From Elusimicrobiota bacterium (GTDB taxonomy: Bacteria > Elusimicrobiota > Endomicrobiia > Endomicrobiales > JBDRNC01): a stretch of DNA of 64,000 bases. Below the pieces are notes generated by a model. It had not been told where the DNA came from, made no database searches, and was given only the letters and a program-made list of their open reading frames with translations. The position numbers and the translations under genes were made by a program. Below, piece after piece: positions 9,993 through 18,106 of the stretch. The stretch spans positions 134,821-198,820 of the forward strand of contig JBDRNC010000028.1 in NCBI GenBank assembly GCA_043811535.1. The letters run 5' to 3'. How positions within the stretch are numbered: position 1 is the first letter of the stretch; each line of letters begins with the position of its first letter.

Positions 9993-10628
9993 TCAAGAGG
10001 TTTTTTGGCGTCTTTTTAAGTAAAGGTAAACAGCCGCAAATGTCAGTATTACCGCAAGAACCGAAAGTATGGACCAGAATCCGCGCATTCTTTCAATGAT
10101 TTGGCGGACGCGGTCCCCCGCAAGCATGCCGGACAGAGCGATAGCACAGAAGAAAAATAGATTGCTCGCAAGAATACCGAACACGGCCTTCTTTGTTTCC
10201 AGTTTCAGTATCCCGCTGCATACCAGCGCGCAGAAATTCATGCCGGGCACGAGTTTCCCCAAAAAAAGCGCCCATACCCCGTACTTCTGGAACCACAGGG
10301 ACGCCTTGTCGTAGGACTGCCTGTTAATCAGCCTGTTAAAAGGCGGTTTTTCTAAAAAGGAACTCCCGTAGACGCGCGCGAGGTGATATAGAGCCATCCC
10401 CCCGAGGAACATTCCCGATGTTGTAGAAATAATTACGACAAGAAGCGAACCGTGCCCTATTGACGCCATGTATCCGGCCGCGAGCGTCGCGGCTTCCACG
10501 GGCACCGGAGGAAAAAACGTGTTGGCAAGCGATGCGAAGAAAAGAAGCAGGAAAAGATAATCCGGCTGGTCTATAAAAAGGTGTACATGCTTGATCAATT
10601 CAGAGAATAAAGCGCTGATGTTATCCAT
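9993..10628 (-). CDS. DedA family membrane protein
   Basis: FFPPVP.E, GG.ALY.LAR.YG, FQKYG..ALFLGKLVPG. Confidence 0.88.
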   Translation of the reverse strand: MDNISALFSELIKHVHLFIDQPDYLFLLLFFASLANTFFPPVPVEAATLAAGYMASIGHGSLLVVIISTTSGMFLGGMALYHLARVYGSSFLEKPPFNRLINRQSYDKASLWFQKYGVWALFLGKLVPGMNFCALVCSGILKLETKKAVFGILASNLFFFCAIALSGMLAGDRVRQIIERMRGFWSILSVLAVILTFAAVYLYLKRRQKTS

Positions 10629-10917
10629 TTGAGGTATCCATTCTATTATTTTATGACACTAAACGCAACGAAGTCGTTCTTGTAAAATACGGGCAAAAAG
10701 TGTAAAATACCTATTAACGACGATTACGCAGATTACTAACGGCGATTACACGGATTAAAGCCAAGATTTCACAGATAAACATATAATCCTATATAAAGAG
10801 TTCATTCCGCCTGCGCCTAACATGTTGACAATAGACACAGCTATTCGCTGTATTGTCAACATAGCTTCGGCGGATTTCGCGATAAGACGATAAAATAAAA
10901 ACACTAGAGGTGCTCAA

Positions 10918-11538
10918 ATGTTTGCGGGAAAAACTTTCTGGCAGGTCTTTGGCATGGGCGGCACGACGATGTATGTGCTGCTTATGTGTTCGGTCATATC
11001 TATAGCGGTTATGATAAACCGGCTCATCGATTACATGAAAAAGTCAAAAATCACCAGAACCGACTTCATGGATAAAATAATTAAGGAATTGAAAGAAGGC
11101 AGCATCGAGAAGGCGCAGGAAACATGCAGGCATGCCAAAGCCCCGTTCGCGAAGGTTGTGCTGGCGGGACTCCGGCTTTCCGGGCACAACGAGAAGATCA
11201 TCTCAAATGCCATGGAGCGCGAGGTGACCATTGAAGTGATAAAACTTGAAAAATACACGAGTATCGTCGGAACCATAGGCAACACGGCCGTCTATATCGG
11301 CCTTTTCGGCACGGTGCTGGGGATAATCAGGGCTTTTCACGACATCTCTTTCATAGGGGCCGGCGGGATAAACGTGGTTATCGGCGGCGTGGCCGAGGCC
11401 CTTATAGCGACGGCATCCGGCCTGGCGGTTGCGGTGCCGGCGGTCATAGCGTACAACTATTTCATCAAGCGGATAGATAACTTTGTCAATGATATGGAAC
11501 TTTGCGCCTCGGAGATACTGGACCTGATAGCCAAGTGA
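10918..11538 (+). CDS. exbB: MotA/TolQ/ExbB proton channel protein
   Basis: YIGLFGTVLGII, EALIATASGLAVAVPA. Confidence 0.9.
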   Translation: MFAGKTFWQVFGMGGTTMYVLLMCSVISIAVMINRLIDYMKKSKITRTDFMDKIIKELKEGSIEKAQETCRHAKAPFAKVVLAGLRLSGHNEKIISNAMEREVTIEVIKLEKYTSIVGTIGNTAVYIGLFGTVLGIIRAFHDISFIGAGGINVVIGGVAEALIATASGLAVAVPAVIAYNYFIKRIDNFVNDMELCASEILDLIAK

Positions 11539-11676
11539 AGCCACCACGAATTTACATTCGTGGTATGCTTCATTACTTCGGCGGATTATCCTTTTCACAT
11601 TCATCTAGCGTTTTATGCATCCTTTCGAAACTTTAACGCAAGAGGACGTCCGTAGTATTCTGCGAAGGCGGATAAA

Positions 11677-12084
11677 ATGAATATCAGAAAACACAAGCGC
11701 GCTCAATTGATGGCAGAAATAAACATAACGCCTTTCACGGACGTCGTGCTGGTGCTTTTGGTAATATTCATGGTCACGACGCCGATAATACTTCAATCGG
11801 GCATAAAGGTAACGCTTCCCAAGGCGAGCAGCGCCGAAGCGGAATCCGACAAGAACCTTGTCATCACGATAGACTCGGCCGGCAATATCTTCGTGGAAGA
11901 GCATAAAGTGCCGCTGGAAGACCTTGAGAAGGAGCTTACCGCGGTGCTGGGCAACAAGCCGGGCGCCGCGGTGATAATCAAGGGCGACAAGGAAGTTAAA
12001 TACGACACCGTAATTCAGGTGCTCGACACGGCCAAGCTGTGCGGCGCAAGGAAGTTCGCCCTCGGGGTGGAAGTGAAGAAGTGA
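11677..12084 (+). CDS. exbD: ExbD/TolR protein
   Basis: EINITPFTDVVLVLLVIFM, IKGDKEV.Y. Confidence 0.92.
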   Translation: MNIRKHKRAQLMAEINITPFTDVVLVLLVIFMVTTPIILQSGIKVTLPKASSAEAESDKNLVITIDSAGNIFVEEHKVPLEDLEKELTAVLGNKPGAAVIIKGDKEVKYDTVIQVLDTAKLCGARKFALGVEVKK

Positions 12085-12300
12085 GGCGGTTCCCGCCGCT
12101 AAAACTAGGCGGGCAGGCGTAGTACGGAGTTCGTAGATAAGGCAATACGAGAAAAAAGGCCCCGCGATGAAAAACATCCGGGGTATTATTTTGCCTGTCT
12201 CGTCCGCCCGCGCAGGCTTGGGGGGCAGGACTTCCCTTATGGCTGACAAAGCTGCGGAAATGCCACGGTAATACCATATAGAAATATTTTAAAATATTTA

Positions 12301-12328
12301 TTGACATTTTAATGCTTTTTGTTATACT
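12301..12328 (+). promoter_or_regulatory. Sigma70-like promoter for the RRE and precursor genes
   Basis: TTGACA (12301-12306), 16 nt spacer, extended -10 TG-T-TATACT (to 12328). Confidence 0.7.
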
Positions 12329-12381
12329 ATCTATGTAGACGCGAACAAACGCCGCTTTCCTTAAAAATACTACAGATATCA

Positions 12382-12648
12382 ATGAAATATACAATCGCTA
12401 AGAATATATCCTACAGAGAGCTTGAGAACGAAGTGGTTGTTCTGAATTTGAGCAACGGCCTTTATTACACGCTCAACGATACATCCAGCAATATATGGAA
12501 AATGCTCTTTGTTAAGAAAATGGCTGTCCAGAAGATAGTGGACGGCCTGCACAAAAAGTATAAACAGGACACCGGCGTCATTAAGGCCGACGTTAAAGAG
12601 CAGCTGGATTACTGGCTGAAAGAGAAGTTGATCGCGGAGCAGAAGTAG
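12382..12648 (+). CDS. PqqD-family RiPP recognition element (stand-alone RRE), 88 aa
   Basis: YRELENEVVVLNLSNGLYYTLNDTSSNIW...L..KY.....IKADV...L..W.KEKLI fits the PqqD/lasso B1 pattern; ATG at 12382 lies downstream of the promoter. Confidence 0.9.
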   Translation: MKYTIAKNISYRELENEVVVLNLSNGLYYTLNDTSSNIWKMLFVKKMAVQKIVDGLHKKYKQDTGVIKADVKEQLDYWLKEKLIAEQK

Positions 12649-12671
12649 AAAAGGGGAGGTGTTGGTTCTCT

Positions 12672-12842
12672 ATGGAAACTAAGGGAAAAGACACGAAGTA
12701 CGTCAAGCCCAGCACAAAAAAGTTCAAGCCGATTGACATCGTTAAGGGTTCGGGCTACGGTTATTATTATTACAGTCTGTACTACAGTCTTTATTATTAC
12801 AGCCTGTACTATTACTATTACAGCCTGTATCACTATCATTAA
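12672..12842 (+). CDS. Putative RiPP precursor, 56 aa: METKGKDTKYVKPSTKKFKPIDIVKGSGYGYYYYSLYYSLYYYSLYYYYYSLYHYH
   Basis: Translated by hand (not in the ORF track). RBS GGAGGT at 12655-12660, YxxP leader motif, directly after the RRE gene, mixed synonymous codons across the repeats. Confidence 0.85.
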   Translation: METKGKDTKYVKPSTKKFKPIDIVKGSGYGYYYYSLYYSLYYYSLYYYYYSLYHYH

Positions 12843-12918
12843 AAGTTTTGGGGTCATGCCGGTTTGATTCCGCCGCCGCGGCAAAATAGAAAAACGCGGT
12901 AGCGAGCTTTATAATTAA

Positions 12919-12968
12919 AAATCCACTTTCCCGTTCCGGCGTCCCGGCATGGGAAAGTGGATTTATTT
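12919..12968. terminator. Bidirectional terminator between the precursor and the convergent maturase operon
   Basis: AAATCCACTTTCCC ... GGGAAAGTGGATTT. Confidence 0.75.
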
Positions 12969-12986
12969 ACGTCTATTTTCTAATTC

Positions 12987-13997
12987 CTAATCGCTAATCC
13001 CTAGAATTGTATCCAGGTTTGAATGCAAGTACTTCCTGCCGAGCAGATAGGTTTGTGCGCCGTTTACCAGTTCCGTGAGAATGCCGAAGTGTTTTATTGA
13101 AACCTCTTTCCTGCTGTAGAAGTAGCTGTTCTTCATGATTAATGGCAGCGCCTCGATCGGTTTTATCCTCTTAAAGCCGATTTTTGCGTTATTAACGATG
13201 AAATAGACCTTTCCGATGCCCGACTTGTCTATGATGCGCGCCTTGAAATAATCCTCTATCCTCAATTTGACCGAATTGTCGTTCTGCACCACCCTCTTCC
13301 CTATTTTTTTCTTTACATTGCCGAATTTCCCTATCATATCCTTGTTCAGCTTTACTTTTTCAACATAGGAATACGCTTTTATCCCGCTTTTATCTTTCCT
13401 GACCATTATAAGGTCATCGCCCAGGAACGTGTAGTCCTTCCTGACGGCGGACAGCGCGGCAGTAGTTTTGCCGCAGCCGGAGGGCCCTATGAACAGAACG
13501 GCGCTGTCGCCGCGGCTTACCCCGGACGCGTGGATAAAGAACGACCCGGCGTCCCTCAGGCGCTCCACGAGCAGAATGTGGAGGAAATATTCGGGATTCA
13601 ATATTGATTTAATGCTCGATTCGGCTATAGTGCAGAAACAGTCGTTCGTTTTATTGTCGATGATAAGCATGCAGCAGCGGTTGATCTCATACAGGCAGAC
13701 ATCGCCGCAATTGCGGAACGTAGTCGTGATATTAGGAAATACTTCAAGCACCCTGCCGGCTCCGCATTCCTTCCTGATGTTTTCGTAATCGTTCGACGAA
13801 ACAACGTCGGCGTAGCAGTTCACCTCGGAAAAAACGCGTTCCGATTTACGCCCACGGTAATAGCCGAAGAATTTGCCTATCTCGCCGCGGAGATGCTTTT
13901 TGCCGCAGTAGAAATTCAGGCGTATCCCGTGATAATATATCTTCAACGGAGATTTCTTCTTAGTAGAGATAAGACGGCGTGTTATATCCTTTATCAT
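12987..13997 (-). CDS. HPr-kinase-like P-loop kinase (type seen in lasso peptide clusters)
   Basis: IHASGV...AVLFIGPSGCGKTT...FLGDD. Confidence 0.82.
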   Translation of the reverse strand: MIKDITRRLISTKKKSPLKIYYHGIRLNFYCGKKHLRGEIGKFFGYYRGRKSERVFSEVNCYADVVSSNDYENIRKECGAGRVLEVFPNITTTFRNCGDVCLYEINRCCMLIIDNKTNDCFCTIAESSIKSILNPEYFLHILLVERLRDAGSFFIHASGVSRGDSAVLFIGPSGCGKTTAALSAVRKDYTFLGDDLIMVRKDKSGIKAYSYVEKVKLNKDMIGKFGNVKKKIGKRVVQNDNSVKLRIEDYFKARIIDKSGIGKVYFIVNNAKIGFKRIKPIEALPLIMKNSYFYSRKEVSIKHFGILTELVNGAQTYLLGRKYLHSNLDTILGISD

Positions 13998-14003
13998 TAG
14001 TGT

Positions 14004-15185
14004 TCACCGGAGAACGCGTTTTAAACAGCTGTACAAATGAAAGAAATATGTCCTGAACACGCCCGTGTTTTTATCCAGTTTGTAATAGAATCTCAGCCAT
14101 TCGGGCGGAAGGAATATTTTTCTAAGGATGAAATCAAGTTTGTTTAAGATGCCGCTTATCAGCGAAAAACGGATGACCGCTTCTTTGGATTCGATATACT
14201 TGAGGTCAGCGAAGGCGGCAGCGCCGTTTAGGAATACCCGCTCCACGACCGCCGGCAGCTTGACCGGCCCCGCGCCTTCCAGAGGGCGGAAGTAGCGCGC
14301 GAAGATCCCGGCGAAAAGGCCGAACGATGAATTCAGGTTGTATTTATCGAGATACCCGCGCAGTTTCACGGGGTCCATGGCGCCTTTTGTATATATAAGG
14401 TAAAGGTCGTTCAGCCAGTTCAGGCGGTACAGATAGTTCAGTGCCGCGTGGTGGTAAAGACAGTACGCGAAATGGAACTCGTTCTCAATGTTCATGAAAG
14501 CAAGTTTGCCGGCGCGCGACTCGAACATTCTGCCTTCAAGGTCTTTGTTACGGAAAGGATAACAGTTATCCAGCTCGTAATTCTTGTTGAGCCTGGTTGA
14601 AACTTCAACGATGATTTCTTTGTCGCTGTTCTTGATGAATTGTGTTTCCCCCTTGAATTTTACCCCGGCCTCGCTGTCATCGGGCCGGCTGTATCCCGTG
14701 GAGCGAAGGATCCCGCTTACCTTCGGTATGCAGTTGTCCAGCAGGAGAACGTCAATATCGTTCATGAACCTGTTTTCTTTGGAATAATACCCGTTGAGAA
14801 GCAGAAGCGGCCCCTTCACAAATACGTAATTGACGCTATTTTCCGCGAAAATGCCGGCCAGCCTCGATATTTCATCGGAGTAGCGGATATTCCTGTATTT
14901 GAGCACCGAACCCATCTGGCGGACTTCCTTCAGGAATTGTTCCGGTACACGGGATTGCAGGCCGAGCCTTTCTATGTGTCCGAAAAATGTTAATAAGGTC
15001 CCGTGATGGATCAGCTGCTTGAGCACGTAGCCCCAATCGCGAACCTTTGACGCGGATTCTGTTATACCTTCGCCCAAATAACCGCGGTCAACGCAATCCA
15101 GGCAGGACAGAAGCAGCAGCCTGTTTTCGGCGACCGGCGCGGATTGATTAAATCCAGCGGATGATTTAAATCCCGTTTCTTTCAT
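14004..15185 (-). CDS. Nucleotidyltransferase family protein (type seen in lasso peptide clusters)
   Basis: VFVKGPLL...RFMNDIDVLL and H...R.NWLNDL; ATG 15185 chosen as start (track start 15218). Confidence 0.8.
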   Translation of the reverse strand: MKETGFKSSAGFNQSAPVAENRLLLLSCLDCVDRGYLGEGITESASKVRDWGYVLKQLIHHGTLLTFFGHIERLGLQSRVPEQFLKEVRQMGSVLKYRNIRYSDEISRLAGIFAENSVNYVFVKGPLLLLNGYYSKENRFMNDIDVLLLDNCIPKVSGILRSTGYSRPDDSEAGVKFKGETQFIKNSDKEIIVEVSTRLNKNYELDNCYPFRNKDLEGRMFESRAGKLAFMNIENEFHFAYCLYHHAALNYLYRLNWLNDLYLIYTKGAMDPVKLRGYLDKYNLNSSFGLFAGIFARYFRPLEGAGPVKLPAVVERVFLNGAAAFADLKYIESKEAVIRFSLISGILNKLDFILRKIFLPPEWLRFYYKLDKNTGVFRTYFFHLYSCLKRVLR

Positions 15186-16086
15186 TTGTAGAATACAAGC
15201 GCGCGTTTTCTTTATCAAAAATAAAGCCCTTTTCGATCAGGTCGGCTACAAAGGGCTGCAGCGCGTGCGATTTTGCGGGCTTCGGCGAGAACAGCGGGCG
15301 CGCTCCGGGCTTCGGCATGACCGCGCACAATTTTGAGAACACGCACCCGCGGCATGCTCCGTCAAAAAGAGGCGATTTCTTTGTGAAGTCGCCTGCGTAG
15401 AGTTCCTCCATATTGAGAATACTGCCGGACAGCGCGCACGCGGGGATTCCCCTGGCGCATGCCCAGATCTCTTTGCTTACGCAAAAATCAAGGGCCTTTC
15501 GCAGGTAAACGCCTGCTTCCGAAATATTGAAGCCGGGATCGCCCCAGCAGAAGATCACCCTGTCGACGAAGGCGCGGTCGAATACCGTTTTGAGGATATC
15601 AATGAGACGGGTATAGCTGCCCGCGTCAACCGGAACTACCAGCGCGAGATAAATGGTCCTGTATGAATCAAAGCGGTTGCTGATCCTTCTGATATTTGTC
15701 AGGCCGGCGAGATTCCTTCTGATATTCCTTTTATCGTATGCATCACGCCCGCCGGTTCCGGCGAAAGGCATTACTTCGAACATGTACGCGCCCCTCGCGA
15801 TAACCTCGGAAAGAAAATCAATGTCCTCGAAACCCCGCGCGGTCGTCCTGACCATGACCCTTTTATAGTTGCGGCGGTTGATTTCATGGAGTATCTCGAG
15901 AATGTCGGGATGGGACAGCGGCTCGCCGCCTGTAAGCGCTATATTGCGGTCAAGGTTCTTGTCGTTGACTAATTCCGAAACGACGCGGCCCTTCGGGAAA
16001 AATTCACCGCCGCGCAATCCGGGTACAGCAACGGAACCTGTCCAGGGCCCGCCGGCGCACAATGAAAGCGTCTGGTATTTAAGCAT
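15166..16086 (-). CDS. Radical-SAM-like protein lacking CxxxCxxC (HxsC-like C-terminus)
   Basis: LTGGEPLSHPD, GIPAC, C-terminal CRGCVFSKLC; only one Cys in the N-terminal region. Confidence 0.65.
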   Translation of the reverse strand: MLKYQTLSLCAGGPWTGSVAVPGLRGGEFFPKGRVVSELVNDKNLDRNIALTGGEPLSHPDILEILHEINRRNYKRVMVRTTARGFEDIDFLSEVIARGAYMFEVMPFAGTGGRDAYDKRNIRRNLAGLTNIRRISNRFDSYRTIYLALVVPVDAGSYTRLIDILKTVFDRAFVDRVIFCWGDPGFNISEAGVYLRKALDFCVSKEIWACARGIPACALSGSILNMEELYAGDFTKKSPLFDGACRGCVFSKLCAVMPKPGARPLFSPKPAKSHALQPFVADLIEKGFIFDKENARLYSTNERNGI

Positions 16087-17521
16087 TTGCGCCTCTTTTC
16101 TGGTATGCGGCGTACTCTTTCATGAAACTGACGCTGTAGGCCTCCAGGAGCCGCATTTCCGAGGAATTTATGGTTGACGTGGATTTTATGTAATAAGGAG
16201 GATCGATGGAAAACTCCAGCCTGTCCTTCGCGGCTTCCTTTCTCATCGGGGTGCCCTGCAGGACGCATAACATGTTCAGAAAGAGGTTTGTCGGCTTAAG
16301 TCCCGCCGCATACTTCATGCTCTTTATAAAGCTGAAATAAGTTTCACCGGGCAGGCCGTAGATAAGGTAGACCGATATGTTCCTGTCCAGCGTTTTAAGC
16401 AGGTTGACGCCCCGTTCAAAGTCTTTGGCGTTGAAGTACCTGCGGATCTTCTTGAGCACGTAAGGATTATAGGACTGCAGCCCCACGTCGAAGGCGCTGA
16501 AAACCGTCAGGTGCCCGAGCATCTCCTTTTTAAGCAATTCGGCGTAAATCTCTACGGAAATCTCGATGCCGCCGCCGGCGCTCGCTTTCTTTATGATATC
16601 AACCAGGGATTTCAGGCGCTTTAGGTTTGAGTTACAAAGCACGGGGTCGAGGATATGGAACTTCTTTATCCCGAAAAAGCTCATGCCTATTATTTCATTG
16701 GCTATCCTGGTATTGGGAAAATGCCTTACGGTCTTGAACCTGTTCGATTCAAAGCAGAAAGTGCACTTGAACGGGCAGCCGCGCGCGGATTCTATCATGC
16801 ATCCCAGGCTGGACTTCCTCAATTTGCTCAGCAGTCTGGGGTCGTCGCGGTGATTAATATAGGCGGAAGGTATAGAGGAAAGGTCGGTTATAGGCCCGCG
16901 GCTCGCGGCGGGCACGGAATTTTTGGATGCCAGGCCGGGTATATCCGTTATCGCGCCCGCAGGAGTCTTTAAAAAGCGTTTCAGGAATTCAACGAAGGTA
17001 TCTTCACCTTCGCCGTCCACCGCGAAATCAACATACGGGTGCTCCCTGAAGAAATCCCCGTCTATATTGGTGACTTCCTGCCCGCCGAAAACGATGACCG
17101 TTCCGGGCATCAGGAGTTTTATCAGCTTCGCCATCCTGACGCTGTCTGTGACGCTCCAGATATAGCACGAAAAGCCGACGATATCGGGCCGGTTTGAAAT
17201 TATACGGAAAAACGTCCGCCACCATTTCAGGAAATGCTTTGTTTTGTAATAAACATATGAATACTCCAGCTGGACGGCAAGCCACAGGGCGAATCTCCTG
17301 GAGCTTCTTGAACGGAAGTTGTACCAGACATCGGAGAGGTATCCTGAAAAGCTGTTTTTGTTCTGCCTGTACTTCCGGGGGCTCAATATGGAGGCGTCGA
17401 TTATCCGGAACCTGTAATTATCACGTATGGCATCGTCGCGGAGCGCGTAGTCCCTGAGGAGATACAGGGACAGCGTGTAATAGCCGTAAATGTTTATCGA
17501 TACCAGCGAGACCTTTTTCAG
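16079..17521 (-). CDS. Cobalamin-dependent radical SAM enzyme (probable CTG start, 480 aa)
   Basis: VGFSCYIW, VFGGQEV, GEGE, RGCPFKCTFC, YLIYGLPGET. The frame stays open 45 codons above the track start, to a CTG preceded by GAGGTG. Confidence 0.88.
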   Translation of the reverse strand: MKKVSLVSINIYGYYTLSLYLLRDYALRDDAIRDNYRFRIIDASILSPRKYRQNKNSFSGYLSDVWYNFRSRSSRRFALWLAVQLEYSYVYYKTKHFLKWWRTFFRIISNRPDIVGFSCYIWSVTDSVRMAKLIKLLMPGTVIVFGGQEVTNIDGDFFREHPYVDFAVDGEGEDTFVEFLKRFLKTPAGAITDIPGLASKNSVPAASRGPITDLSSIPSAYINHRDDPRLLSKLRKSSLGCMIESARGCPFKCTFCFESNRFKTVRHFPNTRIANEIIGMSFFGIKKFHILDPVLCNSNLKRLKSLVDIIKKASAGGGIEISVEIYAELLKKEMLGHLTVFSAFDVGLQSYNPYVLKKIRRYFNAKDFERGVNLLKTLDRNISVYLIYGLPGETYFSFIKSMKYAAGLKPTNLFLNMLCVLQGTPMRKEAAKDRLEFSIDPPYYIKSTSTINSSEMRLLEAYSVSFMKEYAAYQKRGANA

Positions 17522-17587
17522 CGGAGCACCTCTGGAAATCCCCGAAAGGGGAATTGATTTCGCGACATTCCCGATAAACCGGGATTA

Positions 17588-18106
17588 TCAGGATTTATTT
17601 TTGAAAATTTCTGCCAGATCCGGATTCCCCTTTATCATTGAAGGGAGCCAGTACCAGATATCTTCGGTCTTCGCGAAAAGATCGGAGTAATACGGGATGA
17701 AACTGTTGTCCGATTCATCCGCCGGGCTTCCGTCCACAGTGACCCAGCAGTGCCCGGACCTGAGAAAATTGTGCCTTATCTCAAGGCCTATGTTGAAAAC
17801 CTTCTTTCCGGATAGGGCGTAGTACAGAAGCAGGGATTTATACAGGCACTTGCGGCGCCAGAACCACGGCGAAAGGAAATAAACCGCGTCGATTCTTTTT
17901 ATCAGCGCGTTTATATCATTGCGCGCGAAATCGAAAACCGGTTTAAGCCGGTTCAGTCCCGCCAGGACTTCGGATATGGTGTTTTTAGTTTTTATCAAGA
18001 GCAGGAAGGACCTGCAGCTCAGCGCGAGCAGTTCAAAGTAAGTAAGCGCGGAAGGCCCGCCCGCCGTCTTGCCTCTGGAGGGGCCGCTATAGACCGGTTT
18101 TCCCAT
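17588..18106 (-). CDS. Lasso-peptide B2-type (transglutaminase-like) leader peptidase
   Basis: CLYKSLLLY (catalytic Cys), IG, GHCWV (His), downstream Asp/Glu. Confidence 0.82.
   Translation of the reverse strand: MGKPVYSGPSRGKTAGGPSALTYFELLALSCRSFLLLIKTKNTISEVLAGLNRLKPVFDFARNDINALIKRIDAVYFLSPWFWRRKCLYKSLLLYYALSGKKVFNIGLEIRHNFLRSGHCWVTVDGSPADESDNSFIPYYSDLFAKTEDIWYWLPSMIKGNPDLAEIFKNKS

Noticed and set aside
10918..12084. exbB/exbD as part of the RiPP system
   Set aside because: They are separated from it by hairpins and an independent promoter, with no TonB or receptor nearby; adjacency alone is insufficient.
12382..12648. PQQ biosynthesis (pqqD)
   Set aside because: No pqqB/C and no ExxxY PqqA-type peptide; it is a generic RRE.
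12609..12884. 91-aa minus-strand ORF with VIQAVI repeats
   Set aside because: It is the antisense shadow of the Tyr-rich precursor, which has the RBS, leader motif and RRE context.
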